DNA of 63,790 nt, the filler included, from Choristocarpus tenellus KU-1152 (taxonomy: Eukaryota; Protista; Phaeophyceae): the NCBI GenBank assembly GCA_964200185.2. It is 11 parts of 11 records of this genome, joined end to end, with 100 filler letters (N's around TTAATTAATTAA, not from the genome) between each part and the next. Parts side by side here need not be neighbours in the genome. Positions count along the whole stretch, not along the records: positions 4,828 to 13,221 come from CAXNAD020004765.1; positions 13,322 to 18,110 come from CAXNAD020013049.1; positions 18,211 to 22,119 come from CAXNAD020017209.1; positions 22,220 to 30,980 come from CAXNAD020004354.1; 7 more parts are not named here. One strand, 5' to 3'. Positions 12,979 through 23,033 of this stretch are shown piece after piece. Numbering within the stretch: position 1 is the stretch's first letter; the number at the start of each line of letters is the position of its first letter. Made by a program: the position numbers and the translations under genes. A model generated the notes under the pieces. The model was not told the DNA's origin. It was given only the letters and a program-made list of their open reading frames with translations, and did not search any database.

Positions 12979-13151
12979 CTTGCCCCTCACTATACCTACC
13001 ACCTTTGTTATTATGCTGCTTTTCCAAAGGTACTACTTGCAGCGAGCAAACTTTATGTCCAACAACTGATAGCCCTCAGAGGTTTGAGCTTATCCCTCCA
13101 TCCTTGTCTTCAGTGAAAAGAGGCCACTACAATCGCTCAACTCCAACCACT

Positions 13152-13221
13152 GGCTCAAAGTATCTGCGGGGGGGGGGGTTGTCCATTTGGGGCGCGACTT
13201 TTTTCATGTCGTGATTTTTGT
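13152..13221. mobile_element. MITE family C partial copy at contig end; other partial copies or ends at 18064-18110, ~26150-26289, 34014-34037, 40074-40095
   Basis: G(G/A)NNCAAAGTATCT followed by poly-G, or the reverse complement. Confidence 0.75.
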
Positions 13222-14666
13222 NNNNNNNNNNNNNNNNNNNNNNNNNNNNNNNNNNNNNNNNNNNNTTAATTAATTAANNNNNNNNNNNNNNNNNNNNNNN
13301 NNNNNNNNNNNNNNNNNNNNNCATCAAGACATATCGCCTGTAACATATGGTCTCTACAAGAACTGCGACAATGATCCCTGTATATTGTCCAGGCCCGTTG
13401 GTTTGTTGTGGGCTTTGTCGCATATTATGTAGTTTGGGGAAAGTTTTTTTGTTATGCACTATAATATAATTCTTCAAATGTGGAAATATATTAAAAAAAA
13501 AAGATGCAAACTCAACGTTTTGACCCTGTCGCACTAATGAAGTAATAGAAGATGGAGTGTTGTAAATATATATATATATATACATTTATAAGTCTCCATT
13601 TGTTCTAGTACAACGCCGTCGCATACATACATACGTACATACATACAAAATTCAATATATTACCGAAGAGAGCGAAACTCCCCTTTTTAAATCTCCTATA
13701 TATATTAGGGTACAATATTCGGTAAGAGTGATTGTTCTTTCATTGATTATTTTGAAATTGTTATACAATCGAAAAAAAGAGGTCGAAAAGGTCATACTTT
13801 CTCGGTCAAGGGAGACTAGGTGCGTATCCCTTCTACAAGGATCGAACTTATCTTGCCGCGATCTCCGTGCGCTGTACGTAACGCAAAACACCGGACGTGT
13901 CAGAAGGAAAAAGGCGACAGGACTCCTCTTCGTGCAAGGTGATCAGGCCCGTACGGCTCGAGTATGATATAACTTGCCGCGACATGCCATCCTCTCTGGA
14001 CCTGACTCGATGCGCAAAACATTTTCCCTCTCCCCTTTTGTTGGTTTCCTCTGTCCCATTTGCAACGTGCCCACCCGATATAGACAACACACGATCAAAG
14101 GAGAGGCTTAGTCCAACCACCGAACGCCTCCATGCCTCCAAAGGGAACAAGAGGGTGAGTCCCCCTACCAGAAACGTGCACCCTTTATGCAGCTCCCTCC
14201 CGCACAATACCGTGCAAAGTGGTAGCGATTGAGACCCCATCGAGTTAAGTAGAAAGGTTTTCAGGTCTACGACCATACCAATTTCGACCACCACTGCTGT
14301 GTTATCACCTGTGAAAATATATTTCGGAAGCTCCAGATACAATTCCGAGTGAAAGCAATTTCGTCTCAAAATTAAAATTAAACCCTATGCACGCCGGTCT
14401 GTCTATCCCGCCGTATATAGCACGGATCTGTTGACACTGGAGACAATTTGTTTGGTGTACACTAAGAGGCCTCCATGTCATGGCGGTTTGAAATCCAAGG
14501 AGCAAGTGCTCACGTTAGGCCCGAGATTGGCGATATGTGCGGTGTTGAAGAGTTTCCAACTTATCCAACCCTCAGTGCGATTTTCTCCTTCGTGAACACA
14601 ACCACAAGTCTCTACACATGTTCATGAGTTCATTTGCATTCGGAGCTTGTGCCAAGCATCTGCCTG

Positions 14667-14915
14667 TAGTGGTATCACCAACATTTTCAAATTCGATTCC
14701 CCTGTATTTCTTACCATTAGAACAGTGCACACACAAGCTGTCAATAGTGGTATCACCAACATGTTCAAATGAAATGCCCTGTATTTATCACCATTAGAAC
14801 CGTGTACACACCAGCTGTGAGCCGTGGTATCACCAACATTTTCAAAGGAGATGCCCTGTATTTATCACCATTAGAACTATGTACAACCAGCTGTCACTAG
14901 TGGTATCACCAACAT
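14667..14915. repeat. Minisatellite, ~77-78-bp unit x3.2
   Basis: GTGGTATCACCAACAT in units starting ~14667, 14745, 14822 and 14898, with homologous sequence between them. Confidence 0.9.
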
Positions 14916-15461
14916 CACTAGTCAGGCATCTATAATTTGTTTGGTCGAAAGTGTTCATAAACCGTCTTATGCCACCCCAGTCGCTGACATGTAAGCCCTG
15001 AAGGCAACACCCATGATCCTAACCCTAACCCTAACCAACATTAACTACCTACAGCTCGACACCAACCCAATCCGCGTAGAGACAGATTTTACCTTACATC
15101 TTACATGTCAACGTAGTTGCAATGCAGCGGCTATCATCAGAATTAATTCCAGCGAATTCAACCGAACCTTTTTCCGAAATTGGAACATGGGTTGCAGTGA
15201 CATATGGTGAGAGTAATCAGATAACTGATCCGAATTAGAACAAAGATTCCACGATCCAATTCCACGCACCAAGAATGTTACGTGGTGACACCATTGATAC
15301 GCACGTGTTAGGGCTCCGATACAATTGGAACCTTTCCGATAAGGTTCGTATTGCGTCGCAACGCGATCTCGATTTAACTCGCGTGGTGGTATCAGTACGC
15401 GCGCTTAGCTTGGTCCAAAAAACCGCGGTAACCTCACTTTAGAAATTGATAGCTTCTACCA

Positions 15462-16846
15462 ACCGACAGAACATACCAAATTTCTACTTCGAATTACATT
15501 CCTAAATTGCCATATTCGTTTCAAACTGGTGCATTCATGCTTTACTTTCGCGGTTCCACATTATGTTTTCCTGCTTAGGGTTCTTGTTCCAAATGAGCCA
15601 AAGTATCTTAGAGGGTAGGCATTTGGTGGCCAAAAATCAATGTTGTGATTTTGATGAAATGTTGGCTATCGTGTTCGTTAGAATGTATCAATATCCGTGT
15701 TCCAGACACACCTTGTCATGACGTATACATTGTACCTACTCCACAACATTTTGGAGTAGGAAAATTTCATTAAAAACCCATGGGAAGTCAAGCCACAAAT
15801 GGACAAACAGGGCAAAACTTGTACCCTCTAAGATACTTTCGCTCAAATCGGTACACACCACCCCCAACCATCTTGCCGCGCCTTGGAAATTGATCGCCTT
15901 TACCGTCCGACACAACACATCAAATTTCTTCATTACTGTCAGCCCTATGTTAAACACAAACCTGTGCATGGTTGCCCTCCCGACATCTAACCTGGTGCAA
16001 CCATAAATCTCTTGAAGAGGATGTCCTCATCAAAAGGCTGTGCTGGAGGTCGCCGTGCAGGTTATGAACGACCTCAAGAGGAAAGACGATCGACCCCGAT
16101 GCCAATGAGTCCTCAGCCGGATCTTCAGAAGAACCTGCTCCAAAGAAACAATACACTCTGAGTGAAGAGATACTCGAGGTAGTGTCAGGGTCATTCACTC
16201 ATCTGTCCACCATATTTGAGTTCGTAACAAGTCACCTCACAATAAACGCCCTGATCGCGCGCATTAATTTAACCCCATAAATCCACAGGTGAAAAGGGCC
16301 CTCGTGTTGAGGGAGAATGTGGAGGAGGGTACAGTCTACGTGGACATCGTCAAATACTCAGAGGGCATTACCTTGAACAACAGTGGCGAACACGCAGGCA
16401 AGCAATTACATCATTGTACAATACCACCATACACGTGAACATCAAACAACGTTCCCTACACCAAACACAACGCCTCGACTCTCAGAGATCTTACCGACGT
16501 TGGACAGTTTCACAATGTACACTGACGCAGGGTTCTCGACTTTTATATGTTGTGAAGATGTTCGTTGAACAGATTTACTCATACTTTCGCTGTGCTCTAT
16601 CGATCGGTAAAACCCAGCGCAGGGTGGGAACTTATGTCACGGTTCATGTTCTATATAGTCCTATATGCATCTTCTTAACCAAATATTATAAGCCCTACTT
16701 GACTTCCTGATCTATGGGCTAAAAGAATCCACCCGAGTACAACGAACCGCACGTGCTCCTTTCCTTCCATCTTTTCCTCAGCCTTTGCCTCCTCCTCTCT
16801 ATCCTCCTTCCCTTACTCCTTTTCACCAACCTCTGCCTCATCCATT
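15462..16846 (+). mobile_element. Internally deleted copy of the large unclassified element at 34038-39753 (interrupted by MITE A at 15595-15844)
   Basis: 15462-16005 matches 34038-~34330, and 16018-16846 matches 36001-~36820 (for example GATGTCCTCATCAAAAGG and GTGGAGGAGGGTACAGTCTAC). Confidence 0.75.
15595..15844. mobile_element. MITE family A, full copy with 4-bp TSD AAAT
   Basis: The empty paralogous site GTTCC-AAAT-TGGTACAC is at ~34164-34180. Confidence 0.92.
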
Positions 16847-17119
16847 GTGCAAAAGTATCTTAGAGGGTAGAGCCGCGTCCATTTGGGGGCCAAAATCCAA
16901 TGTTGCGATTTCGATGTATTTTGGCTATCGTGTTTGTTAAGAAGTGTCAATATCATTGTTCCGGACCCACCTTTTCATAACGTATACATTTTACCTACTC
17001 CAAAATTTACCTACTCCAAAATATTTTGGAGTAGGAAAATGTCGTAAAAACCTCAAGGGAAGCCAAGCCTCAAATGGACAAAGAGGGCAAAACTCGTACC
17101 CTCTAAGATAGTTTCACTC
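16847..17119. mobile_element. MITE family A, full copy
   Basis: TIRs and body homology; contains a short internal tandem duplication (TTTACCTACTCCAAAA x2). Confidence 0.88.
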
Positions 17120-19279
17120 TGTGCTTCTTGAGGTCTTTGAAATGCTGGGTGGTGGAGGAGCGGTTTGGGTCCGTTGAGGAGATGGTGTGAACGTCAATAA
17201 GAAACAGTATGAGGAGTATGATGAAACCACATCTGAGAGGGCTTGGTAGCTCCATTTTGTAGTGTACAATCAAGTACTTAGATACAAAGGGGGGAATGAC
17301 TTCAGTGTGGAGCACACAGGGGTAAGGAAGAGGCAGTTAGTTGTCTGGTGAGTTAAATAATATGCTGAAGGTAGACATGGACGCTTTTTCTGTGGCTGAT
17401 AAAATGGTGATGGATGGGGAGTAAAAATAATAAAAAGAGCTGACCCTAATCAGAAATTCGTCAAGGATTCCAAGTCTTCTTTCAGAAATGAATTTCATCA
17501 TCTTCAAAAGTTATGGACAACGCGGCACAGACTTGTGGCACGAGATAGTAGTAGTACTACACTCCTGCTCCTACTGCTCCTGCTGCTACTACTGCTACTG
17601 CTGCTCCTACAAACACTTCTGCTGGCATTTGTTCATTTGTATTGTGAGACGCATATTGATGAGATGTTCAGGGGGCATCAGTAATCAGTCTTTTTTATAG
17701 TGAATGTTGATCCTGGACCTTAAGTGTGTTATTGTACTAGTAGATAGTAGTAGTAGAGGTGGAAGAGCAATGGAAGTTTGCATGCACACTATAGTTTTTC
17801 AGTATAGTAGGGACCTTAATGACTTCAGGCCTAATCGCACCTTTTTGTGCGCCCATGTACACTCTGTTAGCATTTGAAGGCGTGATGAATCTATCTCGGT
17901 CAGTGACAACGATAACGCCTATTGTTTGTTGTGAACCTCTACGCCTGTTATGTGTGAACCTGTATTATTTTCTTTGTCATACTACTACCTCCCACATCTG
18001 AACGGTTAATTTTTTTACAAAATGTTGCTACTGTGTTTCAACGACCAACTGTTTGTTCAAAATGATCCAAAGTATCTTGGGGGGGGGGGGGGGGTTGAAA
18101 CCGTGGTTGTNNNNNNNNNNNNNNNNNNNNNNNNNNNNNNNNNNNNNNNNNNNNTTAATTAATTAANNNNNNNNNNNNNNNNNNNNNNNNNNNNNNNNNN
18201 NNNNNNNNNNGGTGATTCTCTTCGCCACCCTTGCCTGAGTGAACCACGCCGCCACAGAATCACACGATTCACATAAGCAAAGTATTTTCTCCGGTTTGAA
18301 TGACAAAAAATGCTCTGCAACCTTGCCATGATGGGACATGTAACTCCAATCCACAAGCCCATAGTGTGTAGATGAGGCTTGCAGAGGGCTCCAGGAAGGA
18401 AATGTCATCAAATATGCGGGAACTTTCACTTCGACTATTCACTTTATTGTTTTTATGGGGGTACAAATGGCTAAACCATTTATGTCAAATTAAGGCATCA
18501 TAATGACAACAAAAAAAATGGTCATGGAGTACAAATATATAAAATCTAGGACTTCAGGGTCATAAGGGTGGTTTCATTAATACTATTCAGACACATTGCA
18601 AGTGACACATCATATGAAAGGGAATAAGTGCAACAGGGGATGGCAGCAGCATTGTAGAAGGTGGGTCCTAATCGTGTGGTCAAAAGATCGTTGAAGAAAA
18701 AGCAACAATACAATACTTGAGAAAATTCGAACACTGCAGAAAAAATAATACAAAGGAGAAAAAGAAGTAAATTTGAGAAAAATCCTAGGCTTAAGAAGAC
18801 ACAAGGACTCAACAGCAATGACATATGTTGTCATTAAGGTCAACACACATTGTCAAGTCCTATGGGAAAAGGGGAAGTGATTTTCTCTCTATAGTCGCAC
18901 CTGTTCCATCCAATCTGAACATCGCTTGTTGCATGAGGGGATGAGGGATGGAGGATTGATAGAGAGATTGAGAAAATCTACATTTAGCAGGTAGCAGTGA
19001 GTGTGCGCATGTGCCCTGATCTGCTTGCGCTACCTTGGCTGTTGCTTTAACATGGCGTACATCACCTATCACAGCTTCCCTAACACATCACTCATAGTAT
19101 AGCTCTTTGTCTCATCAACAACACACTCGTAACACCTGGGTTGATTTATTGCCCTTGTTTTTCATACATTAACCATGGTCCCACATTTACCAAGGCCATC
19201 TTCCAGGAACATCTACCACTCCTTCTCCTGTTAACATATTTCCATTTCCTATCTACGAGCTCCCCAAACATCAAAGCAC

Positions 19280-21540
19280 TTGGAAGTCACTCATTTTCCA
19301 TGTGTGCAACCACCCATGAGAACTAGCCTTCATTATTGCAGGATAGTGGTTGATGTGTGCTCCAGTCCGCTAAACCCGATGCAGTGTATGAGAAATTTGT
19401 GATGGGAGAAAGCGAAGCTTTACATGGTGGATTCGGTAGAGTGTCCATGACACACAGTCATATAACAGAGCCTCAAGGCTGAGCAGCATTAGCATTTCAA
19501 GCTAAAGTGATACGCCCATGGTTCTGTACATGGAGATGATCGGATCAGAGGCGAACTCCTTAACTGCTATGGTTAGTGCTGCAGAGGAGATGCCGAACAA
19601 GATGGGGGCAAGAAGGCCCTCTCGACGAATCATCGTACCCCAATATGGAACTGGCGGATGTCTGAGGTCACCTTCTCAGGCTCTCGGAACTTTGCAGGCA
19701 TACCCACAGCAGATTAAGGTCAACAAAGGCATACGCTTTCGGCCAACAAAAAACCTAGCGGACATATGCTTCTCTTGACCGATTTCCTGGAGGGCATCGA
19801 GGATTTAACTTTATGTGGGATGTCCAGGCCGAAAATTCACATACCAATTAAATGTTTTCCTGTATTAGCGAATCTCTCAGTCATCGTGGAGCAACCTCGA
19901 GAGGCACTTACCAGGAGTGTGTCACTGATGAGATGCCTTTGTTACCACAACATATCCGATCTTTCTCGTTGTCGAGCATCTTGATGGTTTCATCCTTCTA
20001 AACCTGCTACACATCTTCCTGGTCCCACGTAACCAATAAAATATCGCCGAAGCTCTCTGGAGGATAATCTCGTCCTCGTTAAAACCAATGTTTAGGTTTT
20101 CTGCTGGGAGATCATCTGGTCCAATTGCTTTCCGCCTTACGTGGAATGGATTTCTTCTGCCAATTCAATCAGCGTTGGTGTATCGGCGAGTGCCATCCAA
20201 GTGAGTTGTTGATCGATTCAGCATCATTGGGGTTGAGGTTGAACGTTTTGGCTTTTTGGAGCAGTTGAAAGTGTCCCCCCTCAGTTCTTTGATGAGCTCT
20301 TCCTCTTTCAGTAGACTGGCAGATTCGTCACACGTGTGTTGCGAGTCAATCTCTCTGATCCTCTCTACTGTGAACCCTTTTAGTTGTTGGTAGAACACAG
20401 GTTAATACCCATGGGAAATCAACGTCTTGCACGCTTGTACTTGTGCCATGCATCAGATTGAACAATGTTCCAACAATATGTTTTCGATTATTCTATTTTA
20501 TGAATGGATAATAACTCTCCTGTTTCATTGGTCACAATATGGACAGCAGGTTGTTGAAACGGAAACTCAAGTTGAGGTCCAAGAGATAAAAAAAATTCAA
20601 AATGAGAGGGAAATCAAATGGGCAACCACTTCGACAAACAAGGACCTACTGTTAAAGCGCTGCTGTACATGAGGTTTGGAGACACGACAATATTGATTGA
20701 AACCACCAAATTCTTCCTGGGAGGAGGTGAAGTCTTTTGTAGACCAAACTTGATATAGTCGGGGTTTGGCTCTCCATATTTCGGGTTTCCGAGTCAGTTC
20801 TGACTTCCAAAACGGTATTGCCACAAGAGGAAAGATTGACCTGAGAGGCTGAGGAAGGGACTGAAACTGGGTAGCACATGTGCACTTCTCATGGGATACG
20901 CAAGATCTGGGTGGATATTCAGCCGATCCGACGTCTGAGAGGTTACTCCGCCTCCACCGACGACCAGGAAACTGCAGGTAACCCCAGCTTCAACTTGATA
21001 CAATTAGGTTGCGGAATAAATGAATCATCCTGAATTGAAGGCGACCCTTAACCATTCAAAAGACGAACAATGATAACACCTCCTGCCTGCAGGTTCGCTC
21101 TGGCTCACTTCCCTTCTTCCTGGGTTGATTTACCTTGTTAATGCCGAAGAAACCTTGTACCTACATCCATCAGGATCAATTCGTGAACCTTAGAAGTTGA
21201 AAGAGGACCTAATTCAGCACATTTTTGAGCTTTATAAGCTGTCATTGATGCGCCCTTCAGCTTGTGCTAGATCTTTACATTACATATTGCTCGAATCCAA
21301 ATATATGTTCTTATGCGACTGGCTCTTTTCTAGTTGAAGGAACGTCATGCAAACAACTCTCGTTCCTGCATCCTCAGACGAGCCCGATACACACGGCTCA
21401 TGTCGTCTAGCTTGTGCGAAGATGCACAGGATCAAACTGGGTTCTTCCTTCAATGCTGATCCTTATTCTATCCATACCCTCAAGCTCATCTCCAACCATA
21501 TCCAACCTTACTGATGCTAATACTTGTCCCCGTCGATGTC
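19280..21540 (-). pseudogene. Endogenous viral element: decayed L protein (RdRp + PRNTase/capping region) of a Mononegavirales-like negative-strand RNA virus
   Basis: Across frameshifts and stops, in the expected order: HQ*GWI (motif B), IFAQ[A]DD (motif C), I*HKLK (motif D), LHLLP/EEFGGFN, HLDGTRR, RELRRYF..GRCVAGLE, VPYWGTMI, TLHR, DFQ. Read by eye; no database search. Confidence 0.7.
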
Positions 21541-21604
21541 ATCTCATGTTGCGCTTCCACCCCCCCTTTTCTCCCCTTTCCTATCCTTCCTTTTACTGCA
21601 TCAG

Positions 21605-21837
21605 CAGCAGACTCGAGAGACAAGATTGCCGAGAGATCACGGGGACTTGACAAATTTCCAGATGATATCTTGACTAACCTGTGTTTTGTGTTAGATGTGA
21701 AGGCCTTGGTGCAATTATCCTTGACATGCAGACGCATACGCGAAGTCGGTCTTGGACAATACCCATGGCGGCGCCTATGCGTCCGTCGATGGGGGCTGCA
21801 GGAATTGGTGGAGAGGAAGGTCGAGAAAACCACACTG
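21605..21837 (+). CDS. Exon of an F-box protein (rest of gene not visible in this contig)
   Basis: LDKFPDDILTNLCFVLDVKALVQLSLTCRRIREVGLGQYPWRRLCVRRWG fits the F-box consensus. Polypyrimidine tract plus CAGCAGCAG acceptor; GTAAG donor at 21838. Confidence 0.85.
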
Positions 21838-22345
21838 GTAAGAACGAGTCCTATGTTAAGGGATGACTTATGAATGAAGTGACAACAAACAGTTTCTCAA
21901 TGATTGTCTGCCTGCTCACCTCCACTCAGTCTAGTTGGTGGTTCTGAAATTTCTCAATACAGGCGATCCCTTCTTTGCTTTCTCACGGTCAGAGTCATCT
22001 ATGGGAACTCTAACTGGAGCATAATTTATAGCTGCATTTGGCTATCCAATGTAGTGAAGAACAGAACAGATACCGGGGTCAGGCCTACCCCCACCCCCCC
22101 CCCCCCCCCCCCCCCCCGCNNNNNNNNNNNNNNNNNNNNNNNNNNNNNNNNNNNNNNNNNNNNTTAATTAATTAANNNNNNNNNNNNNNNNNNNNNNNNN
22201 NNNNNNNNNNNNNNNNNNNCTCACGGGTGAAATAACAGCACAGACACGCCGAAGAGATACAGCCACCCTATGCCATGCACCACCCTCCACACCCCGGGAT
22301 GGGGGTGAACGAAAACTGTGTCCCTACACTGCAAGAAGCAATGCA

Positions 22346-22825
22346 CTAGGAAGAGGAAGGACACGCCCAGCAGGGCTGCCCGTGTATTTCCATCAGGATC
22401 AGTGTCATTCTGTGAGAAGCCCTGATAGAAGACAAGGAGGAGAGGTCAAGCGAAGCAAGGTAGTGGTGGTGTGACCCTTTATACCGTTGGTACCAGGTGT
22501 CCGGGATAGGCATCGCTTGTGTGGGAATCGCGTTTGACTGGAACCGCGACAAGTGACCAAGGAGAGAACGGATAGGACTTCTTTTGCTTAGACTCACCAG
22601 GTAGCTCGCCCCAACGATGGTTACGACAAGGACTAATATCTGCCGCGGCTGCTCCTCGAAGATGTTCGAGCGAAATAGGTTATCATCATCCTTCTCGCAC
22701 GCCTCCGTCCCAGGCAGTTCTTGATACTTCAAAAGGGAGGTGCTTCCACCTGTGTCCTGTACACCTATGTTGTCTGTTTTGCCTTCACCATTGGCATCCT
22801 TACCCACTTTGTTTCGGTCTTCCAT
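22346..22825 (-). CDS. Hypothetical protein, probable first exon, with one hydrophobic segment
   Basis: 159-aa ORF with ATG; hydrophobic ILVLVVTIVGASYLVSL; divergent from the 23034 gene. The true exon end is unknown. Confidence 0.45.
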   Translation of the reverse strand: MEDRNKVGKDANGEGKTDNIGVQDTGGSTSLLKYQELPGTEACEKDDDNLFRSNIFEEQPRQILVLVVTIVGASYLVSLSKRSPIRSLLGHLSRFQSNAIPTQAMPIPDTWYQRYKGSHHHYLASLDLSSLSSIRASHRMTLILMEIHGQPCWACPSSS

Positions 22826-23033
22826 TCCACGTCGCCGTCCTGACTTCCTTCTGTAGCGTTTGTGAAATGGAGGAGTCCGAGCTCAGAACTATGAAGCTGC
22901 TCCACCCTAAACTATATATTTGAAGAGCAAAGAAATGACAAACGTAAATATGTTAATGGTGTATCAAAGCGTTACATAGTCCAAATTCTAACAAGTCAGA
23001 TAACAATAAACTCCCACACAATAACTAAAGACC

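Noticed and set aside
13848-14369. 173-aa minus-strand ORF containing GDN
   Set aside because: No other polymerase motifs are nearby, the GDN falls at a likely splice acceptor, and I cannot assign a product.
14667-14915. CRISPR-like array or repeated tRNA-Met PBS (TGGTATCA)
   Set aside because: The sequences between repeats are homologous to each other, there are no cas genes, the context is eukaryotic, and the PBS match stops after 8 nt. It is an ordinary minisatellite.
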